NCBI GenBank assembly: GCA_028534125.1
Contig: CM052816.1
Coordinates: forward strand, 92,134,001-92,198,000
Origin: Lama glama
Lineage: Eukaryota
DNA length: 64,000 nucleotides
Reading direction: 5' to 3'
A program made the translations under genes and the position numbers. This document shows, piece by piece, positions 21,986-36,699 of this stretch. Position 1 is the first letter of the stretch, and each line of letters begins with the position of its first letter. The notes under the pieces were generated by a model. That model worked only from the letters and a program-made list of their open reading frames with translations, searched no databases and had not been told where the DNA came from.

Positions 21986-24687
21986 GAATTGCTTCTCCTA
22001 TTTGTGTAGGAGATTGCTTCCTTCTTTGATTGTTTTTCTCTCTGGCTCTGAACACATCCTTTTCCATCAAAGAGTTGTGCCTGCATCCAGCTACACAAGG
22101 TTCTGTCCCAAGGTGATATTAAGGACATTATTGTCACGGTCCCTGTGCCAATGGTGATTTGGCCCAGACCCCAGGCAGGCTTTGCCTCTCTCTTATTCCT
22201 TAAGTTGTGGGCCACAGCCAGAAACTAGTCACAGCTTTTTCATCTTCCTTTCACAGGCTTTATAGCAGCAAACAGGTCACAGTCGCCCACCTCACACAGA
22301 GCACTTTTATTTTCCAGTAACACAAGTAGAGCACCAGGCACCTCTGCCCATTTGCCCGCCTGGAGTCAACAGCTCCATCCCTTGTAGTTCTGGGTTTGCA
22401 TCGGTGTCACTTAAGTTCAGCTCAGTTTCAGTTCTAAAGATGTGTAACTTGATTTTAGATTGTGGCTATGACTTTGATTTTTTCTTTCCCTTTCTAAATG
22501 TTTAACTCTCATTGATACACATTTATATTAATTATATATATTATTATGATATATATTCTGTCATTGCTTTAATTTGAAAAGAGTCTCAAAATAAACATAC
22601 ACACACCTTTCTGTGCCACCTTGACTAATTTGCTCTTGACAAACTTACTAAAGCGCCAATTTGGTCGTTATCTATTTTCCATCAGATCTGGTTGAATAAT
22701 AGCTTTCAATTATTAAGAAACAGAAACACATTTTCTTAAAGTAATGAGAGATGATTGAAAAAATACATGAGCAATTTAAGATAACAGATGCAGTAAGCAA
22801 AGAGCCTTCGTGGAGAGCTGGATGCTGTTCATGAAAGCAAATCAAGACCTGCATTCCCACCATACATTATTATCCAACAATGTTTTTCTTTGCTTGGCCC
22901 AGTTCTTTCTTTTCTGGGGCCACTCTAATTGCCTCTGTCTACCTGCTGCTCTATCTCATGGTTTCTGCCAATTCATAGTTTCTAATGGCTCATTGCTTCT
23001 TCCCTATATTCCACTTTTTCTGCATCTCTTGAATTCTGTTTTACTCTACTACCTATTTTGGTTGTTCTCATATTATTTTCAAATTTCTCTGAAGAGATCT
23101 TATTGATTTGTTAAAGTTGCCATCAACAGGAACAGGATGACCTTGTGAGGTAGAACGCTCATGCAAAACCTCATTCTAAATCATTCACCTTTCTCATGCC
23201 CAGACGTCACCCCTGGTCCCATCAGTAGTAGCCATCTATGAGTTATTTTTTAATCTTAAAGCATGGAAATCTAGATGAAAAGCAGCCTATTGCTTCCTTG
23301 CTTAGAATGGGAGAGTGAACGTGGCAGGCACCTGGGAAAGAATAACTATGCACCACAGAGTCGATCTAAGGCCTTTCTGCATCTGGCCCAAGGTAACTAC
23401 AATTATATTCATGGTAACTAAAGGTTTTTTGCAAATGTCATTGTAGGATTCTTTTTACCTATTAGTAAATTCTAACTTTATGAGCAGTATTTTTTCCTTG
23501 TGAAATTATACCCTTGGGAAATGTTGTGCATTTCTTAAGACTGCAAAATACACATAAGCATTCCTCAACATCGTGAATACCAGCTCCAGAGTGACATGTA
23601 TAATTGCGAGAAATTGAAAAAAATTAAGGTGAATTTGTGCCTCAATGTGTCTTCAAATACTGCTTAGACACTTACATTCTAAAACAAATTCAACTTTTTA
23701 CACTATTTAAAATTACCACCTAATTTTCTTATCTGCTGGCAATTCCTTCTGGGTTTAAATTTAACAAACTCCATCTAACAAGCCATCTGTACTTTGAACG
23801 GGCCATCCTACCACAAGCGAACAACTGCCCTAGGTCTCGTGTAGAAACCCTATGCCAACAAGTGAACAAACAGCCGCAGCTGGGGACCGATTTTTTTTCA
23901 ATCCCTAATCAAGTGTTGATGACTATTGAAGGCTATTCATATGGCATTTAAATTCTACTTTCTGATTAAATATACCATGTGTGTAAAAGAAGGCAGCATA
24001 ATATTGGTTCCTCTGCTAGAAACTCCCTCAATTTCCAAAACTATTTTTGCTAATTCTCTCCTCCATGGTGGGGTGGTGACAGAAGCAGATCCTATCTGTT
24101 CTCTCAATGAGACTAGAGAATCTTTAGTCCATATTCCATATCTGGCCATTGGCTTAAATTCATGTTTGTAAAACCCACATGGAACAGACCCAAAGGAACT
24201 AAATGGTGTCTGAAAACACTGAGAAAGCCTGACAGTACCGTACAGGGTGAAGGGCCTTTCTGGCAATATGGTGGCCTGGGTGTAAGGCTAAGTTTTCTCC
24301 TGAAAAATAATTTAAAATGCGGGTAAAAATAAACCAAAAAAAAAAAAAATCTTCCTGAAAGCATTGATGAGCTGCAAAGTAATAAGAAAAACCTGAGGCC
24401 AAAATCTAAGTGAAAGCTAGAAGTTATAAAAGGAAAACTGCCTTTGCCTCTTTGGCCTGAGGGCATTTGCCAAAGTGGAAACTTGAGAGATGACTTTCAA
24501 GGTCTCATTTGGGCATATAGAACAGAGACAACGCGGGTGGTCTAATAACAAGCCTTCTCCTCATAAAACTGGGACCCCAAAGGGTTGTACTTTGGATTTA
24601 AGGATTAACTGGAAGAAAATTTATCATTCCCCTCACTGAAGACTGCAAGGAGATTTGCTTTGTTGCATTGGCAACAAGCAAAACAAA

Positions 24688-24808
24688 GGGAAAGAGAGAA
24701 AGAGAGGAAAAGAAATAGAAATAGAAAGAAAGAGAGAAAGAGAAAGAAAGAGAGAAAGAGAGAGGGAGAGAAAGAAAGAAAGAGAGAAAGAGAGAAAGAG
24801 AGAAAGAG

Positions 24809-24874
<66 letters not shown>

Positions 24875-25005
24875 GAAAGAAAGAAAGGGAGGAAGGAAGG
24901 GAGGAAGGAAGGGAGGAAGGAAGGGAGGAAGGAAGGGAGAAAGGCAGGCAGGAGAGAGGGAAGAAGAAAAGAAGGAAGGAAGGGAAAGAGAGAGAGATAG
25001 AGAGA
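24688..25005. repeat. Compound polypurine microsatellite (GA/GAAA/GGAA)
   Basis: Direct inspection; it generates the spurious low-complexity ORFs in the ORF track. Confidence 0.95.
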
Positions 25006-25169
25006 TGGTAACACAAGCTGATTTTGCAGAATTTTTGCCCAAATTCACACAACCAAATTCAAGCAGTGTATTCAGCTTAAAGAGTGTTCCAACTGGAATG
25101 GCTCCCAGGGACCTGGCATATCCTCTCTGGAGGAACTTAGCCTCATTCTAGACCTCAATAAATTCTCAC

Positions 25170-25820
25170 AATTAATTCTCCAAGGAATAAGGAACCGTAA
25201 ATAGTAACCAACAATTCAGAGCAAAAATTAAAAGCTACACTTGAAAATACCTGCAGAGTAAAGGAAACTACAAAGAATTACAACATACGCTTGTGCAGGA
25301 AGCAAATGAAGCTTTTACGTAGAAATGCAAAATATAATTGAAAATAAAAAGTGAACGGACAAGGTTTAATAGCATGTTAGATACAGCTGAGGAGAAGTGG
25401 AAATTAGCATGAGTATATCTGAAAAAATTTCAGCCATTATCATTTGAAATATTGCCTGTGCTCCATTCCCTCTCCTTTCCTGGAACTCTAAATGTTTGGT
25501 TTTTATAACTAGGAAATATTCACTAACATCCAAATATACAGAATCCCAGGTAGAGACAACAGAGAATGGAAAGCAGGCAATATTTGAAGTTTTTCCAGAT
25601 ATGATCAAAGTGTAGTTTCCAGAAATCAAATGAATCCCAAGCAAGATATATACAAATAAACTGACACATAGATACAACAGAATGAAACTGAGAAACACAA
25701 AAGGCAAAATATACTCTGAATAGAAGCACAAAGACAAAAAACAAGAACATTGTTTAGATTGACAGAGCGCTTCTGAACAGCAGCAGAAGATAGAATAGAG
25801 TCATATATTGATAAAATCAA
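25170..25820 (+). mobile_element. Old L1 ORF1-region fragments
   Basis: gcatgttagatacagctgaggaga, gaatcccaagcaagata, gattgacagagcgcttctgaacagc. Confidence 0.55.
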
Positions 25821-25824
25821 GTTT

Positions 25825-26480
25825 CAGTTATTTATTGCTGGAAAACAAAACTTGTCAAAAGCTACTAGCTTAGAGCAATAATGATCATTCATTGTACTCG
25901 AGCCTGTGATTTGGGCAGGTGCGGTAGGAATGTCTCATCTTTGTCCCATGAAATACCAGACAAGGAGTCTCAGCTTGAGGCTGATCTACCTACAGCGTGG
26001 CTCACTCACATGGCAGGCGGGTTCTTCTGATGTGAGACACTCCACAGGCTGTTTGGGCTTCCTTACAGTATGGTGGTTGGGTTCCAATAGTTAGCATCCC
26101 AAGAGAACAAAGGAGAAGTATATGGCATTTTTGTGACCTTATCTGAAAAGTCATATAACATGACTTCCACCCCACTTTATTGGTCAATCCAGTCCCAAAC
26201 ACTGATCAGATTTAAGGAAAGGGGGTAGACTTTAACTCCAATGGAAGAGTGACAAGGTTCCGTAAGGACAAGTAGAATGAGATATATTTTCAGTCATCTT
26301 TGGATCACACAATTTGTCACCACCTTCACTCGGCATAGCAACTCACATCCTCCTCACATACAAAATATATTCCCTTCCTCCCCCAAGGCCTCAAACTCAT
26401 CACACAGCATAAGGCTTAGGTATGTGGTTCTAAATTGTATCCAGGTATGGATGAGTCTCCTCAAATGCACTTCCTCAGGT
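25825..26480 (-). mobile_element. Old MaLR (MLT1-type) LTR and flanking sequence
   Basis: ggctcactcacatggc...gggcttccttacagtatggtggttgggttccaa...gaaaagtcatataacatgacttccacc. Confidence 0.65.
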
Positions 26481-26699
26481 ACAGCTATTTCCAAACATAT
26501 TTCCATGGCTGCTCCATCCCTTCCTTTAGATTTTACTTAATTATCATGTTCTTAGTGAGGTCTTACCGCAGACTGAGTGAGGACATTCCCACCACATCTA
26601 AAACTAGAGACAATAAAGCCGTAATCTACTTGGACGTCACATCCTCTCTGCCTGCTTTGCTCTTCACCTCAGCACCTACCAAGTGCACATGGTAGATTG

Positions 26700-27235
26700 A
26701 TAATTCTCCAACACTGACCTGCCTACAAATTACCTGGGCATTTTGCTAAAGTGAAGACTTTGATCCAGTTGGTCTGGGTGGGACCAGAGATCATGCACTT
26801 CTAACAAGTTTCCAGCTGAAGGTACAGTATAGGCTAGTCATTGTATTGCCAGATTCCACAGAAATATAATGTGAGCCTCATATATGTTTAAATTTTCTAG
26901 TAGCTGCATTTAAAAAATAAATCAATGAAATTAATTTTAGTGACATATTTTGGTTAATACCATATAGCTTAATTATTATTATTATATCTCATTTTGGACT
27001 GGCCTCATTGCAAATTCTCAGTAGGCACACGTGGCTCAACACTGCCATGTTGGAAAGCACAGGTCTAGACTTGACTTAATTCTCCTGCCTTTGTCTTTCT
27101 CTCCTTCCAGAAGGAAAGCTACCCAAGGACGTGGGGTTTTGTTTTGTTTACTAATCACCCCTGTGCCTGGAAGAGTGTTTGGCCCTTGCAGCCCTCAAAA
27201 ATATTTGTTGAATAAATGGATTAATGAGTATCTTG
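26700..27235. mobile_element. MER5-like, MER3/MER33-like and L2 3' fragments
   Basis: ggtctgggtggg..tgcacttctaacaag; aaatataatgtgagc..aaattttctagtagc; gtgcctgg..ctcaaaaatatttgttgaataaatgga. Confidence 0.6.
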
Positions 27236-29854
27236 GTAGCTGAGAGAAGACTGGATTGGCTCTGATTAATGTCATTTCCCAGAATCTCCCAGAAAAAGTA
27301 AACCTGTCACCCACAGTGGTAGCTTGTCTTTCTTGGCCACCTTCCCTTTGTCAGCCCATGTCTTTACTCTGTTCCAAGTGAATTATTTGCACTAGAGTCC
27401 TTATGTCAGGAGCTGCTCTGGGGGAAACTCAAACCAATACATTGGCTTCAACCTATCAGCTCATTCCTCGGAGATTTAGTTGGATGTGGGTCCCTCTGTC
27501 TTCGGTTCCCTCACACTGCTGGATGAGGGCCATGATTCATTTGCAAAAGAGACATGAGACCAAGCTGAATGCTCAGCATAGTTCCTCATCCAGTTGACAT
27601 TCTCCTTTTCCACCCACCACCAGATTCAAAGAAAGCAATTTGTTAGATAGAAATTACCAAAATATTACCCAAAGCCTGTGAACAAGCCTGGAAAAGTTAA
27701 ATGTGAGCTACATCCCAGAAATTCCTGAGGGGTAACAAGACTTTCTTTATATTTTGCTTTGGTGTTGACAACAGATTGAAAATGCACACAAAACAGTCCT
27801 TGCGATAATTCAGCCTCAGGCTAGCTGGGGCTGGATAGTGCCATTTCTCCTTAAGGGACAGAAACAGAAAGCTTTTTGTTTAGGCTTACTTCTTCAAAAT
27901 CGACATTTTTGAAATGGTGCCCATTCTCATAGCCTCCGTCTCTGAAGCATAAACATTCTTACCCACCTCTTTGAATCTTTAGAATTAAGCCACAGGGTCT
28001 GGGTACAAATGCTGTGTTCCAGTATTAAATGCTAGATCAGATATCGGCTGTAATCCCTGGGGTCTTTTAGTGCAGGATAGCTGTCTGAAGGGGAAACATT
28101 TTTTCCCCCAGTGTAGCCAATTCTGCAGCTCTGAGATTCTGAGTTCTGGATCAGGTTTGTTTTGATAATGCATACCTCGGCTTCTCCAGAGAAAGTTCCT
28201 CCCAGTAGTGAAATGGAGGCTTCCATTAGACTTGGTTACACCGGTCAAAGCCTGCAATTGTGATTCAATGGGCTGTCGATGTTTTGTTCTGCCACCTTCG
28301 ACATAAATTGTTTTCTGTCTGTGGCTTGGCTCCAGCTCTGTTTCACGGAAGCCATCCGTACGGTAAAATGTGCCCCTCACACAACAGAGCTATTGATGTC
28401 TTCTCAGTGGCATGGTGCCCACATCCCCCTTTCTACCTGTAGGTTCCTCTCTTAAAGGAGAGCCCTTTATCCCACTTTCTCTCTACAAAAGTAAGCCTAC
28501 GCATATGGCAGTGTTAGGATAAGCCAGATAATGCAGGAACCCTAGGAAAAGACAGATGCAAGCTGACTTCTTATGCGAGCGCTGGAAATACTAGGAAAGC
28601 ACAGAAGCAGAGAAGACTTGAACTTCACAAATGTAAGCCACAGGAACCCCACCCCCTGCCATTCTTCCAGAAGCAGAAAATTTATTATCTTTGTGAAACG
28701 TTTTAGAAAAAAATGTTTCAATTCACAGGAATGATTCCTCTATTCATTTTCTCATTTCGAACATTGTCTCCCTTACCTCCATCAAGTATTTGCTCAAATA
28801 TCCAAATGTTATCTTCCCAACGAGGTCCATACTGACCATTTGATTTAAAATCACAAAACAGATTCCTCTCTCTCTCTCTCCAGGCTTTCTCTTTTGCTAT
28901 AATATTTATCCCCTTCTAGCATTATATATAATTTACTTATTATGCATGTTATCTATTATATTTAAAGCAAGCACCATAAAAAAAGGAATTCCTGTCGGTT
29001 TTGTTCAAGCGCCTAGAATAGTGTCTGTCCAGATTGGCACTCACTAGATATCCTCCAATGAATATACGAATGAATCAGGGAATTGAGGAGTTACAGTGCA
29101 GCAGCCACTAACTGAGGCCATGTAGTTACAAGGATAGCATCACAGATTATTCTGGATCCGGGATTGTGAACTCAGACTCCCTCAGGGTCCAGGGAGATGC
29201 AGTCCATTAGTGAAATGGGCCAGGAATAAGACAATAGAAGATGGTGGAACCCGGGAAACCAGGAGAATACCCACCTCTACTAAAGGCATCGCATTCAATT
29301 TAGAAAAGTTCCTGCCAAACAGAACACATCTGCAGAGTGTCGGAGCTTCCACATTCTGTCTTTTCCAACATACCCACGTTTTCTTCTTCTTGCTTTTAAT
29401 TCTTTCCAAGCTTCCTATCTTAGAAAGTCAAAATACTATAAAATCAGACTCAACACTAATAAAACTGATGTCCCATTTTAAAGTCATTCCATATCTGGTT
29501 CTAATTAAAAAGAGTTATGATCAACTATTATTCAAGAGATTTAAAATCTATATCATGTGTAAGAAACAATAGTTACTTCCCAGTGTCTACTTTACTGACA
29601 ATAGAGATATATGTGGAGACTCAATCTGGTCTAACTTAATTTTTCATTCTAAATTGCTGTGTGAACCAGGACATTTCATTTAACCTCCCTAGATCCCAGT
29701 TTAGTCATCTGTATAAGAATGATACTGTGATCTTTTAATTTTATAATTCCACTTAGATTTTAATTCCCCTCCTTGCCCTAAGAATATAAAACCTAACATC
29801 TTTTAGTGTATGATGCTGAAAAATGCTTCATAAGGCATTTGGTATTAAGCTATT

Positions 29855-30572
29855 GTATCAGTCAGCTATTGCCATGTAAGAAACAACCACATAAACGTTC
29901 ATGACTCTGCAGGTTAGCAGGGGTGGCTCTGCTCTACATGTCTCATGCCAGCTATGAGGGTGATGACAATGGCAGTAACATCATATGGCAAGTCCTGCAA
30001 GCAAGCATTTGGAAGCCTCTGCCCACATCACATCTAGTAATGTGTTTCATGCCTCAGGGAGGCATAAGAATGCATCATTCAGATATCCTGCTGCAGGGAA
30101 ATTACCTGACTGAAAGTGCCAATTGTTGCTGTTGTGTGTCCATCTCCATATTCATGGTGGGGCCACATTTCCCTTGGGCTACTCGCAGCCAATGACTGAG
30201 ATCAGGAATAGAGGATGTCAATGCAGGTCCATTCCTGCAAGAGGCAGGACTCCTTAACTGAGTGACTTTGGCTTGAGAGCTTCCAGTGAGTCTGGCCAAA
30301 ACTTTCCTTGGACTGCCCTGCAGTCTGTTTCCTCTCCAAACTTCTTCCTTCTCCCTCTCACACACCTGTCCAGTCTGCACCTGGGTCTGAAAACTCTTCT
30401 CACCGTCTCAGCCTCATATCCTTTATTGTTCCAAGCAAGTCACCTGGTTAATCCCAAAACCAAGGGGTGGAAAATTATCCTCTCCCTACCATAAAGTCAT
30501 GTCAGGTATGCAGATGTATAGTGTTCCAACAGGGGAGTAAAGCATGGGAACCAACTGTTCAATTTACCACAG
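29855..30572. mobile_element. MLT1J-like LTR with a nested LTR16-like segment
   Basis: tgtatcagtcagctattgcc..aaacaaccac at the start and caatttaccaca at the end; internal gcagccaatgactgag..gcaggtccattcctgcaagaggcaggactcc. Confidence 0.55.
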
Positions 30573-30679
30573 TAACAAAAGAAGAGGGTGATGTTTAAAA
30601 AAAAAAAAAAGGGGCATTACAAAGAAGTACTGCAGACAGAGCTTGAAAATAACCCCAAGATTCCCACCCCCTGATAAAC

Positions 30680-31204
30680 ATGCCCCAAAGCATCCCCTCC
30701 CTTTAAGTGTTGTCAGAACTTTTGGATATGTTGGGATTTCATCTCCATGATTAGGCTGCTACTCAGTTGACTTTGAGTTAATCAAAAGGGAGATAATCCT
30801 GGGTGGGCCTGGCCTAATCAAGTGAATCCAAACAAGAGGAAGTCAGAGATATTGTCCTGCTGACCTTGAAGAAGTAAGAGGCTGTGCGGAAGAGGGCCAC
30901 ATGGTAATGACTTGAGAATAGTCCCCATCCAACAACCAGCTGAAAAGCCAGGACCTCAACCCTACAATTGCAAGGAACTGAATTCTACCAACAACCCATA
31001 AGCTTAGAGGAAAAACTCACACCTCACACAAGTTTGCAGCCCCAGCCAGGACCTTGACTTCAGCCTGTCCAAACACTGAGTAGAGGACCCAGTTAGCCTA
31101 CACCCAGCCTCCTGAGGCATGGACATTGTGAGACAATGAATGGGGGTAGATTTAAGCTGCTAAGTTTGTAATAATTCATTAAGCAGCAATAGAACATTCA
31201 TACA
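30680..31204 (+). mobile_element. MaLR MLT1E/F-like solo LTR
   Basis: gactttgagttaatcaaaagggagataatcctgggtgggcct...caaggaactgaattctaccaacaac...gcagcaatagaa. Confidence 0.8.
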
Positions 31205-32784
31205 AAAAGACATTATGAACTCAATGGGGACGACATTTTAGGCTTACCAAATTTACTCAAGCCCTTCAAAAATCAGTCAGTGATCTGTATCTTAAAGTAC
31301 CTTGACACAAAAGGAAACAGTAGTGGACAAGTCCCGGCTGGGATCCCCTGCCTCCCCTGGGCCCTCCTATCATCTGTGACTCTCTTTCCCCTGGCTGGCT
31401 CTCCTTCCCATCATTTTTAGGAGCCCCCCTGCTCCGCTCTTCAACATACAGTCTGACCGTGTCCCTTTCAGTTTCAGATGACATCACCACCTGACTTCAG
31501 CCACATGGAACATTGAATTCCGTTTGTGTTAATGCCACCAGGATCTAGATTCCTACTGAACAAATCTTTTCCAGCAATTATCCTTCCTCTACTTCCCCTC
31601 ACAACCACTGTCTTGAAGACTTCACTCCTTTCTCCTGCCCTTTCCTACCTGCTTAGCTCACTGGGGTCTGAGGCCCTACCCACCACTTCAAGGGAATTGC
31701 TGTTGTCAAGTTCCTTAAAGACCTTTGCTCTTGGTGCCACGGTCACTGCTCAAAGCTTGCGATGTTTGTATTTCAGTAGCATTTGACCTGGAAATATGCT
31801 CCCTAGGCCTTTATTTTTCTCCTCTGATAATTCTCTGAGAACTTTTTGATCCTCTCACTCTCTGCTCTTCCCTGAAGTGACGATATTTTGGGGTGATGGC
31901 TTGGACTGGAAACCTGACAGTTAAGCTTGATTCCAACCTCTTCCTCATTCCTTGAAACTAATCATTTATCAAGTTCTGTGAAGCCTAATTCCAAACTATC
32001 TCCTAACTTTGTCCATGTCTCTTGCTCCCAAATGCCACCACTGCCATCCAGGCCATCACCTTCCTGGTGCATAGTCACATAATGGTCCCCTCCTCAGGCC
32101 TTATTGCTGCCTATGTTCTCACCTCACACAAACCCATCTTCTAAAAGGCATATCTTCTTCCTTCAGGAGTTTTATCCTGATCCCCTCACTCTGGGTGTGT
32201 GTCCTTTCAGTGTGCCCTAACACTGGGACAACAATGCCTTAGCACTTCTCACTCTCTATTAACTGATAATTACTTACCTCCATCCTCCACCAGAGTGCCA
32301 CTTCCATGAGAACAGGACCATGAGAACGCCTGCATCCCCATCACTGCATCCCCAGCATCCAGCACAGTGCCTGGTACAAGAGAGATGCTCAAGAAGTCAC
32401 TGTCAACTAAATATGGAATGAATGAGTGTGTGCTATGTGAACCAAACTTAGCCATTGGTACTGGTTTTGCTCCTCTGAGCTGCTGTATCTCCATCTTAGA
32501 AGCCACGCCCTGCTTGGTGTGTGGTGAGGGACATCTGTAGGCACTGGCTGGACTCAGCCTAGCGCCTGAGGATGCCCAGACAGAGCTCCCTCGGTGGGGG
32601 CAGGGCAGCTCCAGGCGCTGAAATCCTCACTGCCATCCTCTGTCATTTCATTCCTCAAGCCCTCATCTCCCTCCCTCAAAGGGGAAGCGTCCAGCTCTCC
32701 ACCCACCCTCTATTGTACATAAATAAACTTTATGTCCTGCTCCACCAAAACTCTGCCTTCATATCAAGAATTCTTACAGATGCC

Positions 32785-32995
32785 CATAACCATATATAAA
32801 ACAGATAAACAACAAGGATGTACTGTATAACACAGGGAGCTATAGTCAATATTTTGTAAAAACCTATAATGGAAAAGTATCCAAAAAAGAATAAATATAT
32901 ATGTATGTATATAAAATCAAATCATCTCTGTACACTTGAAAATAACACAATATTGTTAACCAACTATACTTCAATAAAAAACAAACAAAAAAACA
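32785..32995 (+). mobile_element. L1 3' end with A-tail
   Basis: aaacagataaacaacaaggatgtactgtataacacaggga...aaccaactatacttcaataaaaa. Confidence 0.85.
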
Positions 32996-33034
32996 ACCTG
33001 ATTTAAATTTTTTTAAATCTTTCTTAATTAAAAA

Positions 33035-33521
33035 AAAATTCTTAACCTGGGTCTGCAGCTCTAAAGAATTTATGGATTCCATGAACTTAAGTTGGGAAAA
33101 ATAGACTTTTATTTTCACCAACCTATAACTAGAATCTGATGTTTCCTGCAGGTCCAACTCGGGCAACACACCACAGTCATATTTGAGAAATGCATGACTT
33201 TATTACAAAAAAAATCACATGTACTTTCACATCACACTATAGGTGTGACAGATACCTCAGACCGTCATCTGTGCTCATCATTACTTTGGGATGACAATGT
33301 CACTGGACCCACCACTAGATCTTGTCATCTAACTCATTAGAAGAGAAGCACACACACTTTTAAGACATGTGTCATCTCTTATCCTTTTGGTAACTATAGT
33401 TCAAGACAGTTGTAATTTTGTAATCCATGTATTATATTTTATGCCTTAAAAATATTCTTAGACGTTTTCTTCAGAATGCCAAGGGAGAATCCATGGCATT
33501 AAAAAAAGGTTAAATATCCCT
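33035..33521. mobile_element. hAT-Charlie non-autonomous element
   Basis: ttcttaacctgg at the left end and ccatggc..aaaaggttaaatatccc at the right end form degenerate TIRs. Confidence 0.55.
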
Positions 33522-36500
33522 ATTTTATTTTCTGAAAACACCAAAAACATTACACAATATTTCTCTCAAAAATCTCTTGAAAACATAGGTTTACCTTTCT
33601 CTTTCACAACTATTGTCTCTGAAATTGACTTTAAAAATCTATTTTGGAATTTTAAAACTTTTAGCTCATTCTCTTTGCATTTTTGCTGTAATAATCATCT
33701 CCCCTGAGCAATGGAAATCTCGGGCTAACCTGGGAGAGGGTCAGGTATAACAAAATACAAAAAAGAAAAGTGTGTCAGCTAGCATCACAAAATGTTACTC
33801 ACTCAGAAGTGCTCAGCTATGAAGGATAAGAAATATCTTTGGCACTTGAAATATCCCCAAAGACTGGTTCTTCCTGTGACCCACGTCCCCTTCTAGTCCA
33901 GGATGAAAAGCTGCTATGTGGCTGAAAAATGAGGTTTAGCACTAACAGGAAAGACTCCAAGGCTTTCCTAACATTACAGTCATCAGTGACCTCGAGTGGC
34001 CACCACAGGTAACCCCAGCTCCCCTCCCAGCAGAACTCAGTCTACAAATGATCGCATGTCTGTTGACGCACCCTGGAAACTTCACTTCCAATGAGAGATG
34101 TCCCCTCCCTGCCCTGACTGTCTGGCTGGCCACTTCCTCAAAGCTCAACTGTCTCATCGATGGCCACGACAGCAACTGTTAAGGGGGTAACACTCCAGCG
34201 TTGGAGTCACTATGCCACCTCTTCCCCTCTGTCCCTGCTTAACTAATGAGAGAAATTTGGTAGTTAGTTCAGGTTTTTGCAGGAAACCACTGAGGAGCCA
34301 GAGTACAATGTCCTTCATATCCATTTCACTTTTCATTTTTCTCTCTTTGTGTTATTTCCCATCCAGACATCTGCAATGGCCTTAGAAACTCATGAATTTA
34401 TGATGCCATTAGTGCTTTGAAAAGCAAGTACATCTCTTCCCAGATGTCATTTTGTATAAAGATTTTTCTTCTTCTGTACCAGTTCAAATAAACCAAGCCA
34501 TGGGTCTAATTTGAATGAAGGCACAGACCCCACTCTGTCGCATGCCAGCTGTTGTGAATAAATATTATGACAGCCTGGACACACCATGTGTCTTGAAGCT
34601 GGTAGATATAAGGCAGGTTTATAACCAAGAAGGCAGCATAAACCATAGTGTTGGCACACCGCCTTGCTCTTCCCCTATACCTCTGTCAAACCATTTGGAG
34701 AAAACATTAATTTGCAATCTATCATGGGAACTTAGAATCAAAGGAATGGCCCATGTGAATACCCATGAGTATGCATAATCATTTAGTTCAAAACCCTGAG
34801 ATGTACAAAAGTGTCTACAGAACACTCTGGGGATTATCATTTTACCTGGGAAGCCCGAGAATGTTATTCTGGCCTCTGAAATCATATGTGGGGTAACCTG
34901 GCCATCAGGGCTTATCTTAGATGTAGGAAAACTGTATCATAGAGAAATAAATTCCTCCGGTAGAATTGAGAGATCACAAGTGGAGGTGTTTTCCTGCAGA
35001 ATTTCCCTGCCCCTCCTTATATTACAAGATGCAGTCAAAAGTCTAGTTCTACTCCTTAGAAAAGCAAAGCTTACAGAGCCAAAACAATTGCAAAGCACCC
35101 GCACATTAAAAGTTTCCTTTAAATAAATGATGTCATCTTAAAGCTAGGAAATGTAATTAGCATTTTCCCTTTCCTAGCAGTGGGGGGGGAAAAAAAGCAC
35201 CCTGTAGATTCCAAAGAACCTAAAACCTCCGATAGCTACATACAGATATGAAAAAGTATTGACTATGCTGAACAACTCTTTCCATCAATTCAAAGATGTG
35301 ATGAGAATAACTTAAAAAAAAAACGTGATCAAGTGCTCAAGTCACTTACCAAAATTTGTCTCAATATCTTATACATAGGCTATTGTGGAGAAACCTGTCA
35401 TATACACTCAGAGTCAAAGACTTTGGTGGTGCCTGTGCTTCGGGAGAATGAAAGACTTTATACAGGCTGCCTTTCAAAGCAGATAAGTATAGACGGCATG
35501 GCAACTCACAAAACGGTCTAAACTGGTAATACATATCACCTACATTAAATTTACCTACCAGGGGTCATAATTTTCTTAGGCTTGTAACATCCTAGACTAA
35601 GCTGTTTTATCTTCATTCTTGGGGATAAAAGGTAATGAGAGATGTATGTTGATACCTTTATAATAAGGAAGCACATTATCTTGACTACATAATGTACCAA
35701 ATGCCCCTGATATTTACAAAGACCGTACAGCCTCCGTGGGAACAGTTTAAGATACATACACGCATCATTTGTGATTACAAGGAGCTCCCTCTGAACTGGA
35801 AAATCTGTTTGAATCTAAGTGTATAGGAAACTGCCTTTCTGAACGTCTTGGCTCCCAGAAAACCCCAAGTGCAATTGGCCAACCACTTTCACCCTTAACT
35901 TTCAAGCTCATGTGTATTTTAAAGGGAAATTCAATCCGTATGTTTCTGAATCATGGACACTGAGCCCATTAAGATTTTTGTTTGGTAAGGGCTTTCTGAA
36001 TCCCAAGATGACTTATGAGACTTTTTATAGCCTGTTTACTTTGAAGCGAAGAAGTCACGTTTTGCTGAAAGTAAACAGGATTTAGAAGTAAGAAACTTTG
36101 AAGCTAAGATAAAACAAGAGTTCAAGAAAGTTTATGTACATCCAACCTGTGCAAAACTCATTAGTTGATTCTTCCAATTTACTCTACCCAAAGCAGAAAT
36201 AATGGCACCTTGGGCCAATAAATAGTTATTTTTATAAACACAGTTCACAGTATTTTAGAACAGCATAGCTCTTTTGCTTGAGGCAATAGTTAGTCATTCA
36301 ATAGAATTGCAATATTTATTCCTTTTTTAGTGGAAATATTTTTCAAAAGTGGGTGTCACTGATTTTAAGTTATGTTGCATGGCTTGATTGCAGTTTGTGT
36401 GTGTTAACTCTGAAATGCTATTGAGAAAACTTTCATTAATTCACATGATGTTAATTTGGAATTATTGATTTAGAGTAAGGTTTGTTCATAATTCTACTGT

Positions 36501-36699
36501 GGAAAAGGATTTGGAAACAAAACTACATATAAGCAAGAGTTGGGTATTGTCTTATTGTTTTAAGACAACAGACTTCTTTAAATAATAAGCACTCCTTTTC
36601 ACATGAACAATATATTCTCATTATAAATAACTATCTTTATTGAAGAAAGTTATAAAAATATTTTAGTTGTCAAAGTTTAATTTAACTCAATTTAATAAA

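Noticed and set aside
24598..25151. Long ORFs of 118-163 aa (and similar ones at 42715-43051 and 61003-61383)
   Set aside because: Artefacts of microsatellites that lack stop codons.
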